In this document: piece by piece, positions 12,501 through 25,100 of the stretch
How the letters are laid out: every line of letters starts with the position of its first letter
How positions within the stretch are numbered: the stretch's first letter is position 1
NCBI GenBank assembly: GCA_002269645.1
Contig: NIVC01000511.1
Location: forward strand, 1 to 64,000
Reading direction: 5' to 3'
DNA length: 64,000 bases
DNA from: Macrostomum lignano
Taxonomy: Eukaryota
The notes under the pieces: generated by a model
What the model was told of the DNA's origin: nothing
Database searches by the model: none
Seen by the model: the letters and a program-made list of their open reading frames with translations, nothing else
Position numbers and translations under genes: made by a program

Positions 12501-12876
12501 TGACAAAACCAATACTGTCCTCTGCATGAGCTGCCCCATCACACTCCATAAAAAGGGCTGCATCATCACCCGGTCCCGAGACGACGCCATCGACGTGTGG
12601 GAGCGCTCGGCGGCCGCCAACCACACCTGGTACCTGCTGCAGACCAACTACGATCACTGGAAGCCGCCGTTTGTGCTTGACGACAGGCGAACCCCCGGCA
12701 ACAAGTGCATGATGGCCAAGGGTCAGGCTAGCATGGGGTTCAAGGAGATCTTCAATGTGCTGAGCTCGATTCCTGTGCTCAACAAGCTCACAACTTACAC
12801 GGCTCTGATGCGGGTGGACACGGGAGAGTATCACAGCTACCGCCAGACCTGCAAGGACCCGTGCGCACCCTGGTAG
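9586..12876 (+). CDS. ASAH1: Acid ceramidase, complete (exons 9586-10032, 10383-10796, 12556-12876; 393 aa)
   Basis: Signal peptide, alpha chain, autocleavage site [39 protein letters not shown]-terminal CKDPCAPW. All phase-0 introns. Length close to human ASAH1 (395 aa). Confidence 0.95.
11037..11830. repeat. ~73-bp inverted repeat (11037-11109 / 11758-11830), MITE-like, in ASAH1 intron 2
   Basis: Left arm GGGCATGCAACACGGAATGACCCATTAGAGTTCTATGCCCAAGCGTTTGAATTAACTCGAGAAAGTAAGCCAT matches the reverse complement of the right arm with scattered mismatches. Confidence 0.8.
12010..12518. repeat. Foldback element with ~150-bp inverted arms in ASAH1 intron 2
   Basis: 12020-12168 is the near-perfect reverse complement of 12358-12507; the right side also contains a tandem partial duplicate of the arm. 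Confidence 0.85.
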
Positions 12877-13799
12877 CCCCTTGCCTCTTCTTTAATGGCG
12901 CAAGCTGCCTTACGGGACGTTATCTCAATAAATCAAAGTTCGAAGCACTTTCCAATAGTATGCAAGCGATCCGTTACAATATAATTTCATCAGATAAATT
13001 TATCCCGAATGCCTTCCGGTTGTTTACTGGCCTAATATTTTTCCGAACTCGCGCTTCAATTTTCATTTTAATTTGGTAAAAAGTTCGGAGAGAATAAACA
13101 GGAAACCGGCAGAATCTATAATTAGATTTTGAACAAATTGTCGAAAATAATTCTTTTGCGCCAAATTTATTATTTAAAATAAACTTTACGTGAGAAATGA
13201 TTTTCGTTAACAAAAAAGTTCGTTAGTCTTATGCAGTTTTATTTGAGTTCTAAAAAAGGGTAACCTACTAATCGGGCTAACCTTGGCTACCTACCTTTTA
13301 TTTAGGAAAGCTGAACCAATTCCAGTTGGCTTTCCCAAGCGTAGCTAGCAAAGTATTCATAAATATTAACGTGCACTCCAGACATACAAAGTAACCAGAA
13401 ATCCGCCTGTAAGTCTCTCAATTCACCTACCGTTTTTATTTCTGCTGATAAACTACTTTATTAGGGTTTGTCTGAAAGCAAACTTATATGTATGGATATG
13501 AACCCCGCGTTTGCTTGATGTGATGTAGGTCCCATGCGTCTAAAAATGTACCATTGTAGAGTACCTACGACTCTAGGTAACTAGCTAGATGCGTGCTTGA
13601 ACGAGAGCCCTCAATTTGGAATACAGCATTTTGGCTTTATCTGCAACTGGTTCCATGCATATCTGTAGGCTAAGTGCCACTTGGCTTCTTGTCTCGAACT
13701 TATTAGCTGTAGCTAATCTTAAGTAAGATTCTGGGTAGTTATGAGAATAATGATGAAGGCACAAGAAAAACTTCGGCAGGTATTTACTCTTACTCCTAC

Positions 13800-14442
13800 T
13801 CCTAGATGATGCAGGTACCTAGAGACCTGCTGCAGTTTCTGAATAGATGATGCAGGCACCTATAGACCTGCTGCAGTTTCTGAATAGATGATGCAGGTAA
13901 CCTTAGAGACCTGCTGCAGTTTCTGAATATAGATGATTCAGGCACCTAGAGACCTGCTGCAATTTATGAATAGATGATTCTGGTACCTAGAGACCTGCTG
14001 CAGTTTCTGAATAGATGATGCAGGTACCTAGAGACCTGCTGCAGTTTCTGAATAGATGATTCAGGCACCTAGAGACCTGCTGCAATTTATGAATAGATGA
14101 TTCTGGTACCTAGAGACCTGCTGCAGTTTCTGAATAGATGATGCAGGTACCTAGAGACCTGCTGCAGTTTCTGAATAGATTATGCAGGCACCTAGAGACC
14201 TGTTGCAGTTTCTGAATAGATGATGCAGGTACCTAGAGACCTGCAGTTTCTGAATATAGATGATTCAAGCACCTAGAGACCTGCTGCAGTTCTGAATAGA
14301 TGATGCAGGTACCTAGAGACCTGCTGCAGTTTCTGAATAGATGATGCAGGTACCTAGAGACCTGCTGCAGTTTCTGAATATAGATGATTCAGGCACCTAT
14401 AGACCTGCTTCAGTTTCTGAATATAGATGATTCAGGCACCTA
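13800..14442. repeat. ~41-bp minisatellite (GATGATGCAGGTACCTAGAGACCTGCTGCAGTTTCTGAATA), left part
   Basis: Array interrupted by the CACTA element; it resumes at 20818. Confidence 0.95.
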
Positions 14443-14998
14443 CACTGTGAATCAAAAAGGTCCAATGGAGGTCCAAATTTATAATTTGGACTTTTGTCAT
14501 CTAGAGGTCCATTTTTATAAAAATGAAAAAAGGCTTTCTATTCCATTAAAAAGCCATGTTTAACTACAATTTGTGTAGCAATTGTTGTATGATCAAATTC
14601 ACGTAATGTTATCAGCAGTAACTGCATCTACAACTGGAATTTGTTTAGGGGACTTGGCTTTCGTTTTTGAAAATAACGAAAGGAAATGTTAGTGCTAATA
14701 ACGTCGTGCAAAAACATTTACTGCTATTGATAATATAGTATCTAAGAGATAGGAGTCTTGGTTAATTAATAATTATGTAATTGTTCTGCATTAATATTTT
14801 GCCACTGTTATAATGCCTGCATTCAAAAGCAATACATACAGACTGGACAAACCGTCCATTTTTTCCAGCTTTTTTAAACTGATTTGCCCTCCCTGACGGT
14901 AGTGAAGTCAAAGCTTACGTTCACACTTACTTCAGGCCTCTTTAATTAATGTAAAGTCGAATAGATATTAGATATTTTGTCTTAGAAATAGGATTTTC

Positions 14999-17572
14999 AT
15001 GGAACAGGATGTGGATAGGCATCTTGCTTCTAAATCTAATCATAAGAATAGTGAAATAAGTATAAAATGTACATTTTGTTCATTTTCATGTCAAAGTATT
15101 TTTAAGGTTATATCTCATATTAAGTTTACACTATTCATTTGGATGTCACTGTTTTACCTGCCCTATCTTAGATTGTTTTTATAGTAGTGGTTCAATAGAA
15201 GCTTTAAGAGCTCATGCTTATCGTATGCATAGTCAACTTACTAATGTTGATTCTTATGTTATGTCTAATTTAGAAAATGTTCTGAAAACTGAGGATGAAA
15301 AAAATGAAACAGTTGAAGTCTGTCCTGATCATTGTCAACCTAGTCTTAGTGGTACCAATGAGCCTAATAATGGCTTAAATGAAGAAAATGAAAGTAGGCC
15401 TATTCCAACAATAAATCCAGAAAAAATAACATGTGATACCCTTCGAGACAATATAAAAAAAACCTTGCTAAAAACTTTGTATACTATTATTTCAAATGTA
15501 AAAATGTATTTTTTATTTCTAAAGAAAAGTCTAATCAGTTATGTGAATTGGTAAAAGAAATGGTTTCACAATTTGCTCATGATTATCTTTGCCTATTTGA
15601 ACAGTTTTTAAAGGAGGAATATCCATCTTTTAGTAAAAACTTAATTAATAATCAGTTTAATATGCAAGAAATGATTGATATCTCATTAGAATTTTTATTA
15701 ACTGATTCAAAGGTCTTTGATATTCTAAAACATCAATATAACTTAGTTCAGCCAATAGAAATTGTCCACCCAGAGACGGGTTCTAAAATCCAATATATCC
15801 CAATAGCTGAAATGCTTGCTTCAATAATAAAAAATGAACATTTGATGAAATTTTTTGTTGAGCCATGTATCAATAATTGTAACTTTTTTACATCAACCTA
15901 TTTTAAAGAATGTATATCATCATTGGTAACTAGTGACAGTGGGACTTTTTTGAAACTGTACTCAGACGAAATTGAAGTTTGTAATCCAATTGGATCAGCC
16001 AAGACAAAGCATAAGCTATGTGTTATTTATTATAGTATTCTTAATTTTCCTGAATACTTGAATTCATCATTAGAATTATCTTTCTTGTCAACTATTTTTT
16101 CTGAGTCTACAATAAAGAAAGCAGGCTTACAATTTTGCTTGTCTCCATTAATTGCTGAGCTTAATGATCTATATTATAAGGAATTTGAAATAAATACTTC
16201 TTTAACACTGCCTGTTGTGGCTTGCTTTATGACTGGGGATAATCTATCTATGCATCAAATGTTAGGTTTATAGAAATGCTTTTCTAGTGGGTATGTATGC
16301 AGGTTTTGTTATAAGGAATATAGACAGCTTTGTAGTATAGATATTCAATGTTTAGATAAGCTCTTTCAATTTAATTATAGGACCCATTTATCAAATATCA
16401 ATGATTCACAACAATTAAACAATGGCTTTGTTAGAAATTCAGCTTTTGAGGGTTTGTCTTATATTGATTTGCAATATTTTTTCCCACCTGATATTATGCA
16501 TGATGATTTGGAAGGATTTTCACATCTGGTTGTGTGTCTTGTACTATTAAATGCTATGGAAAAAAATCATATAAGCATGGAATTTATAAATGAACAATTT
16601 AGCAAAATTTATGATGTATCACTTCCTAAGCTAAGCAAATATAACATAAAAAACTTTCATTTGCCATGCACTGCTAGTCAAATGATAGTCATCTTACAAT
16701 ATTTTGGTTTACTTTTTGGGGATTTATTTGATTATGATGATGACATTTGGATATTATTCTGCAACCATAAGCTTTTTCTTAATATTATATTATCACCATA
16801 TTATGATAAGGATGTTGATATTGATTATTTTAAGTTTTTAGTAGCAGCACAACTTGAAACTATATATAAATACACTGACTTTAACCCAAAATACAAATGT
16901 AAACTACATTACATCTGCCATTATCCAGAATTATACCATTATTTTAGTGGTCTAAGGTATCTTTGGTGCATGCGAAGTGAGGCCCAACATCAGGTAATAA
17001 AGAATATAAGTAGACAATGTAAAAACTATAATAATGTTGCCTTTACATGTGCAAAAAACTTTCAAATTCAGAAGGCTTTAGTTGTTACACATTTTATGCC
17101 CCATGATCTAAAAGAAGCAAAGTGTAGTAGTATAATTAAAATCAGTTCAATTTTAACAACTCCTGAGAAAATCAAACTAAGTAATATACTCAATGTCAAA
17201 TTTGATTCATTAGGCCAGATTTGCTTCTCAACCACAGTTCTAAATTTTAGAGGATTTCATTATAAAACTCCAACACTTAATAAAAGATATTGCTTGGCTA
17301 TATTTAAAGATAGCTATATTGATTTAATAATGATTTCTTGCATCATTAAGGTCACAAACAAATGGGTTCTCATTTGCAAAAAGATTAAAGCTACATTTTC
17401 AACCCATTATAATTGTTATTTATGTACTATTTTAAATGATGACACTATATTTTGTATGCTTAGCCAGCATATTGTTCACCAGCAAGTTCCTCTTATGCTT
17501 TATCGTGGCCAACTTTATGCTTCATTAAAATACCATCCATATGTTGATATGCTGAATGAAAAGTCAGTTTAA
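14999..17572 (+). CDS. CACTA/EnSpm transposase with N-terminal C2H2 fingers; 2 frameshifts and 1 in-frame stop
   Basis: CTFCSFSC..SH-IK/LH and CPILDC...AHAYRMH fingers, then LYSDEIEVCNPIG...KHKL..IYYSILN, GDNL, CRFC, PPDIMHDDLEG, KLHYICHYP and WCMRSEAQH. Frameshifts in T-runs (~15125, ~15510); TAG at 16271-73 with the frame open on both sides. Confidence 0.88.
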
Positions 17573-18117
17573 AAAAATAATAGCAATAAAAGTAGTCTAA
17601 TATGTTCCAACTTGTAGCTCAATGATATATACTTTTTAGTAAACTTATCAACAAACTTTTTCTGTTATGCCCCAGCAGTTGAATAGTTGTTTTGTCTGAA
17701 CTAATTGTGACTTAAATACTTAATAATGTCAGTGCCAAGGCTGCGTGTGGCACCTTGAGGCATGGCAAAGAGTTTAGCACTGGTATGTGCTCTCTGGCTC
17801 TAGCTAAAAACTGGTCTATAGGCATTTGTCCTTTTTATGATGGATGGGCTTGCCCGTCCTGACTAGGCTAAGCTTAGCAAGTGTTGGATGCCGGTTTTGC
17901 CATTTCTCGGCCCAAAATGTGCAGTTATACATATTGTATATATTTTCTGCATGCACAAATCATGCAACCAATAGAAAATAGGCGAAAACAAAACAAAAAA
18001 GCTTTGGTAAAACCACACGACATCACTACATTCTTACAGCTTAACAACAATTTTGGACGTAATGTGTCTTACATACCAGATTAACTCTGATGTCCTTAAC
18101 ATAATTTTTCACTTCAG

Positions 18118-19726
18118 CTTCGAATCTGCACTGGTGACAAGTCAAGAAAGAAGCTTGTTTGTGCTTCTTCGCTTGACCAGTTGCGATTAAAAGGATGCGA
18201 GAAGCTCGGCATTGCTGATGCGGATAATGTCCGGATTGTTACCGAAGATGGCTTCGAAATCGATGACGACGATTTAATACCAGAAATTGCAAAGGAAGCA
18301 AAGTTTGTTTACTTTTTGCTTCAAGGCGAGCTTTTGGACTGTGTATCAAAGCCATCAAATGAGACGCCTTTCATGCCCAGCACTCCTGCCAGACAGCAAG
18401 ACAGTAGCTCCGAACTTGTAGGATCTACTGGAGTGAGCATGCCAGGTGGAGCAGCTGCTGGTAGCTTACCGTGGCCTGAGGTCTATACCCTGCCTCGGAT
18501 GGGCGAATTGAGTGACGCTCTTCGCGAACTTCGGCTCAATCCAGAAAAGGGTGCAGAGTTCAAAGTTAACCCAACATTTGTAAACCGGTTTCTAAAGTTC
18601 ATTATTGAGGACGTCTTTCAACAGTTCAAGTCTGAAGACAATCCATATTTGTCTGGTGTTGAAATTCGCGATATCTGCTGTGCCATAATTGCAACCTATT
18701 CTGGCCTCCGGGACGATTCGCCTGAAGGGTTCCGTTTTTGGCGAATTAAGATTTGCCGTCGCTTGAAGGACCTACGCAGCAGAAAGCTTACGTCATTCAC
18801 AAGCCCAATCGTTCTGCAAATGCGTGGCAAGCATGGGAGGAAGCGCAAAGTAACTGCTGCTGCTGCTGCATGTGCTCCCACTGGCGACACTCAGCTGATG
18901 AATTGGGTGATGATGGTGTCGACGAACCCATTGACGACTCTGGTGATGATGAGCAACCACCATTTGAGCATCGACCAGTCGAGCCCGACTGTCGAAGTGT
19001 CATGAATAAAAGTGTAGATTTTGAAAATGATGGCACCGTACCCCCCAGCCATGAACAGCGACGAGAGCGACTGAATTCTGATTTTGGCAGAGTCAGTATT
19101 TCGGAAGTGCTGGATGAAATGCGTGTGCTATTTCCTGTGCGAATTTCACGATGCCAGGATAAAACTGTTGCCGAGGAAGTTGAACTTTACCGACCGCTAA
19201 CTTTATTGCCTGTCATTCTTCAAGAGACTCATCTGATGATTGAGGAGTACAATAAAAGCAAGACAGACTATATTTGTGCATCAGGTCCAAATGAGATTCG
19301 GACTAACATTACGGCAGCGCTGATGAAAATATACAACAGTAGAAAACACCTAAAAACTACAAGTTCTGCAAAAAATATGTGGATGCCGTCGACTCTGATG
19401 ACGAAAAATTGTGTGCTGCAGTCTGTCTTCTTCTTGGTCGGCTGAAGATTGATGCCGAGAAGATTTTTTGCGATGGTCTTCCCGTAAGAATTGTTCGAGA
19501 CGAGAACAGCAAGTGGTCCGGCGTTTCTGTCAATGGCGCTACCCTGGTGTTTGATAATGCAGCGGATACCGTCATTGTCTTCATCATCGTGTATGTTGCT
19601 TTCAACCTACAGCATGTCCCCTTCCTGGAACCATTCCTCGAGACGATTGAGGTTCTGGCCAAGCTGCGCAGCCGGTCTGCTGTTTCACGTAGCTCCGCCA
19701 AGACTGTTATTGCATCTTTTCTGTAG
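18118..19726 (+). CDS. CACTA accessory ORF2 with N-terminal CIDE-N-like domain (start exon not identified; 2 frameshifts)
   Basis: After acceptor TTCACTTCAG: LRICTGDKSRKKLVCASSLDQLRLKGCEKLG...VRIVTEDGFEIDDDDLI...VYFLLQGE. Middle AIIATYSGLRD...GFRFWRIKICRRLKDLR and C-terminal FIIVYVAFNLQH..FLE resemble the SAMD3-like accessory proteins of animal EnSpm elements. Frameshifts near 18890 and 19370. Confidence 0.72.
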
Positions 19727-20454
19727 TTGCTGTTTCATTGCATTGCCTTCATTTTCAAAAACCAATTAGTTGAGCTATCTGACTTTCTTGTGCTCGAGTA
19801 GTTTTATCCCTAGATATAAGATATGCCTACAGGATAGATAATGGAATAATGGAAATGGCATAATGGAATTATGGAAATGGTGTATTTTTGCAGACACAAT
19901 ATCATAGTTTATTTAGTCCATTTTGCGTTCCAAATGTTGGATTTGCATTTTTAGAAATGAGAATGCATTTTTGCACTTTGCAGTTTTTCTGTCTGTGGGA
20001 TAATAAAAATGAAGGGTGCACAAAACAAACATTTAATTCAATGGGTATCCATTTGCCACATTATAAAGTCTGTTTAAATCCTTGTTGGAATGTTGTCAAA
20101 TCGCAGCCGGGGTGTTCGTGCACTTTTACTTTTTGTGTGTTCTATAATGTGGCTTTCTGTGGACTTTTGTCCAGTCTTCTATGCTATACAAGGTGTGTTT
20201 TGTTAACTTTTTTGCACATCAAAATGGAAACTGTATGCCTCTGCTTTTCATGTATGCATGCTAGAGCTTTTTACTTTACTGTTGCTGGTGTAAAGACGTT
20301 TATAATGTGTACATTATATTTTATATGCAACTCATTACTTGCAAGTGATGAGTTGTTAATATTACAGAAAACATTCTTGGCCTTCAGTGACTTCCTTTAT
20401 TAATTCATGAAATCGACCCTCCAAAAGGGCATGCAATGATTGCAATCCTTAAAG

Positions 20455-20817
20455 CTCGGACCCCTCTAAAATAGACCTTTTAATTTGGATCTAAAAATGC
20501 ATATTTTTTAGAGAGAAATAGTCTTTCAGAGGTCCAAAAATCGACGCTTTGGGCCCTTCAATTTGGACATTTTTCTAACAATTTGGACCTTAAAAAGCGG
20601 ACCTCAAAAATTGGACCTTTTTTAAAAATGGACCTTCAGAGGTCCAAAAATATCGACGCTGCGGACCTTGCAATTTGGACCTTATTCTAACAATTTGGAC
20701 CTCAAAAATTGGACCTTTTTAAAAATGGACCTTCAGAGGTCCAAAAATATCGACGCTGCGGACCTTACAATTTGGACCTTGTGTGGACCTTTTTTTGGAC
20801 CTTTTTGCACCGCAGTG
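20455..20817. repeat. CACTA right subterminal repeats: three ~100-bp units rich in GGACC/GGTCC
   Basis: Units starting TTCAGAGGTCCAAAAAT at ~20525, 20633 and 20731, with the palindromic GGACCTTCAGAGGTCC. Confidence 0.85.
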
Positions 20818-21135
20818 TATAGACCTGCTTCAGTTTCTGAATATAGATGATTCAGGCACCTAGAGACCTGCTGCAGTTTCTGAATATAGATGATTCAGGC
20901 ACCTATAGACCTGCTTCAGTTTCTGAATATAGATGATTCAGGCACCTATAGACCTGCTTCAGTTTCTGAATATAGATGATTCAGGCACCTAGAGACCTGC
21001 TGAAGTTTCTGAATAGATGATGCAGGTACCTAGAGACCTGCAGTTTCTGAATATAGATGATTCAGGCACCTAGAGACCTGCTGAAGTTTCAGAATAGATT
21101 ATGCAGGTACCTAGAGGCCTGGTTGCAGTTTCTGA
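20818..21135. repeat. Same ~41-bp minisatellite, right part
   Basis: Continuation of the 13800-14442 array. Confidence 0.95.
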
Positions 21136-22110
21136 AGTTCCTTTCTATGTGCCTGTCGTTCTTGAACGCACTTGATGTGCAGCTTCCATGCCCATCTGCA
21201 GTTTAGGGACACTTTGGAGACCTAGCCAATAGTTTTCGACATTGGAAGCTGCAGTGACTCACAAGTTCCTTCTTGCTAGTACCGCCGCATTCGGTCAAGA
21301 AAGTGGGTCGGCCTAGCTGCGTAAACACTCTAGGACTGGAAGGCGGCGTATTTTTTGTTCCCATTTTTAGTCCCATTATTAAAGAATCCTGCATCTATTA
21401 GTGTCGGTGAATTGGTATACATTCTGAAGTTAAATCGGGATTGGCATCGTCTGGCATTCCGGAGCTTCTAAAGCGTACGAAAGCGACATTTCACTGTCGA
21501 TCTTGATCTATGCGGATTTGGGCAGCCGCGTCATCCACTCGGACCCAGACTGGCCAGCCGGCCGTGTTTAACCTTTCCGCAGTCGGCGGCAGACTGGACA
21601 GCGCAACACCCGAAGCCAAGATGAATCGAGAGGCGTGTCCAAGGCGGGGGGGTTGCAGACTTTTCGGGGGAATTTTCCTGCCTTCTTTTAGAAGGATTGC
21701 CGCGAGTTGACACAACACTGTACGCGCTGCGCATATGCGACTGCTGTATGCTGCTTTGCGAAAGAATCGCCAAGCAAAAAGGAAGCATCGATGCGACGCT
21801 TCAGCATGACTAAAATTGCGGAAACTCTGCAGCACCAATCCCTGCTCGCGGGAGGGCGGGTTGATGGAGGCAGCTGTAGGCCTGGGTTTCGTGTCGGGAA
21901 GAGGCGCAATTGTTGCTAGAGCCCTCTCGTACCTTGGCCTTCCCAATCCAATCCTAGCGAAACCATTACTTAATTCTGCCTCTGCCCTTCATCCTGTCTC
22001 TGATCTAGCAATTCTGATTTCTTTTTGCCTATAGCGTCATCGTCTGTTCCAGCAGATTGCCCTTCATGAGCCACTAACTAACTCTCTTGCTGCTTTGAAG
22101 TACCAGTCGG

Positions 22111-25100
22111 ATGGAGCCAACTCCCAAGCCGATTTGTCAGCTGATCGCTGGCAAGACCGTGTGCAGCTACCACGGCTCGCTTCTGCTTACCCAGCTGCTG
22201 CTCAACATTACAACGCCGCGACAGTCGGCCGCGGTCACCCCGGCCATCAGGGGCGAGCATGGCAAGGAGAATCACGTCGATTTAGTGGACGACCTCAGTA
22301 GCTACATCGGGCGTGAGCTGGGCTCTGTTGAATCGCTGCATTTTTGGGCCTGCATAGCACCAGAATGATTTATGTTGAATGAGCCTTCAAGCAGGTTTAG
22401 ATGATTTACTAGCAATCTAGTGCCCCCCTTTCAGGGCGCCCAATAAGCGAGAGACAAAAATTATTTATAAGAATCCTTTAAAATGAGAGCACATTTTCTG
22501 TAAAGCATTCCTATTTCCGTTTTAAAAATCACCTTTTCGAGTAAAATTGTTCAAAGAGTGGGATAAAATTTTAGGAATGACTACATGTAGCTCGTAGATT
22601 CTGACCTCTCAGCCTCGATATCTCAGCAATTCTCCCAGTAAGCCTCGACATCTCAGCAATTCCCTCAGTAAGCCTCGACATCTCAGCAATTCCCCCAGTA
22701 AGCCTCGACGTCTCAGCAATTCCCCCAGTAAGCCTCGATATCTCAGCAATTCCCCCAGTAAGCCTCGACATCTCAGCAATTCCCCCAGTAAGCCTCGATA
22801 TCTCAGCAATTCCCCAGTAAGCCTCGATATCTCAGCAATTCCCCCAGTAAGCCTCGATATCTCAGCAATTCCCCAGTAAGCCTCGATATCTCAGCAATTC
22901 CCCCAGTAAGCCTCGACATCTCAGCAATTCCCCCAGTAAGCCTCGACATCTCAGCAATTCCCCAGTAAGCCTCGATATCTCAGCAATTCCCCAGTAAGCC
23001 TCGACATCTCAGCAATTCCCCAGTAAGCCTCGACATCTCAGCAATTCCCCCAGTAAGCCTCGATATCTCAGCAATTCCCCCAGTAAGCCTCGATATCTCA
23101 GCAATTCCCCCAGTAAGCCTCGATATCTCAGCAATTCCCCCAGTAAGCCTCGACATCTCAGCAATTCCCCCAGTAAGCCTCGACATCTCAGCAATTCCCC
23201 CAGTAAGCCTCGACATCTCAGCAATTCCCCCAGTAAGCCTCGACATCTCAGCAATTCCCCCAGTAAGCCTTGACCTCTCAGCAATTCTCCAAGTAAGCAA
23301 TGACGTCTCGGCAATTTTCCTAGTGAGCCTAGACGGAAAGCCTAATTTATTTAGCATCGGGGGTCACGTTACTGATAGATTAAAGATCAAGTGACCCAGC
23401 AAACTAGTCAATAGTCTGAGGGTCTTTCAGTGCAACTCCAGTACAGCTGATCTTATTTTTGTCTTTCTTGGTTCAGTACCAGCTGTGCAAAGCCACTCGA
23501 TACTCGTAGGGAGAAGATATCAGGGATGCCGCAGGTCAAAGACCCGAACCATTTCTCGACGATATTGTCTGCGCATTCCAGGCAATCCCAACTCTGGAGG
23601 CGGACGGTCGGCTGGCGGAAAACCAATCAGCTTCACGACGAACACTGAGGTGACTTTTGGGTGATGATAGGGGGTGGAGGGAGGAGGAACGACAAGAAAG
23701 TTGAGGCTTAAATCTACCTGTCCAAGTGTTAGCCAGTTTCATAAGGCATCCTAGGGGAGCCATGTGCTACTGCCACTCCAACTGTATCCTTCTATCGATG
23801 CTGGAGTCCCGTTCCAGCAACCCATTTTCCCTAATTGATGCGCTTAGCCCCAGTGAAAAGTCTAAGAAATTGTCCTTCCTTCGATGCTGGCCATTAACAA
23901 GTAGCTAAAACACGTAGCTTTCAAGTAATTTCTTTGTTGTAAACAACTTTTGCGTCTTTCTAGCCGGCCCTGACGACTCCTAGCTCGCGGATGTACATTA
24001 CTCCCATGGTGCGCAGGGGAGAAAAGGTAAACTGCTTCACTGTGCTGGGACTGTAAAATAACGTGTAACTTAGTTGCAATTTTCTGACCTGAATTCGCAG
24101 GGTGACACAGGTGCACCGGGACCTCCGGGCGTGTGTCCGGACTGCCGACAGCTAGATTTCAAAGGAGATCCGGTGAGCCCATCTCTGCCAGGTGTCTGAA
24201 TCAAGCAATCCGTTCATAACAAGCAATTCTCTGTTGCATAACTTTTGCAGGGACCGCCTGGACCAAGAGGACCACCCGGATGGAAGGTAAAACTAGTGCT
24301 CAATTTATAGGGCAGCTGAAGCAGAAGGCCGATGCGCTCACAATTCGTGCGAATTCTGCTGGGGGAGTTTTCAGTTAATTAGCACTGAGTTCTCAACTTC
24401 TCAACCTAACGGTGCACTCGCAAGTTTATCAAGTTAGTTTCTCATTAATTTCTATCGGAGTCAATTCTTGCAAAATTCGTATTAAAAAATGCAAATTGTG
24501 TTTTGAGCGTTGCGGCTCTCCGATAGATATTTGAAACTTTTCTTCATAAACTTGTGAAACAACCTTGTCAAACTAGCTTGTAAAGTTTCGAACTTGTGAT
24601 GAAGTTTCGAACTTGTAAAGTTTCGAACTTGTGATGAAGTTTCGAGCTTGTGAAGTTTCGAGCTTGTAAAGTTTCGAGCTTGTCAAGTTTCGAACTTGTG
24701 ATGAAGTTTCGAGCTTGTAAAGTTTCGAGCTTGTGATGAAGTTTCAAGCTTGTAAAGTTTCGAGCTTGTAAAGTTTCGAGCTTGTCAAGTTTCGAACTTG
24801 TGATGAAGTTTCGAGCTTGTAAAGTTTCGAGCTTGTGAAGTTTCGAGCTTGTAAAGTTTCGAGCTTGTGAAGTTTCGAGCTTATAAAGTTTCGAGCTTGT
24901 AAAGTTTCGAGCTTGTGAAGTTTCGAGCTTGTGAAGTTTCAAGCTTGTGAAGTTTCGAGCTTGTGATGAAGTTTCGAGCTTGTGAAGTTTCAAGCTTGTG
25001 AAGTTTCAAGCTTGTGAAGTTTCGAGCTTGTGAAACGCCCATGGCCGAAACACGCACTTACTCTATTTGCAATTCCAGATGTTGAAATATTTTCAATTCA

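Larger units (their letters stand above)
14443..20817 (+). mobile_element. CACTA/EnSpm (CMC) DNA transposon, 6375 bp, two ORFs
   Basis: Imperfect 21-bp TIRs CACTGTGAATCAAAAAGGTCC / GGACCTTTTTGCACCGCAGTG. TA duplicated at 14441-42 and 20818-19; removing one TA restores the minisatellite unit CAGGCACCTATAGACC. GGACC/GGTCC subterminal motifs at both ends. Confidence 0.92.

Noticed and set aside
16271-16273. Programmed stop-codon readthrough in the CACTA transposase
   Set aside because: A single G>T or similar substitution explains it; no precedent or supporting context.
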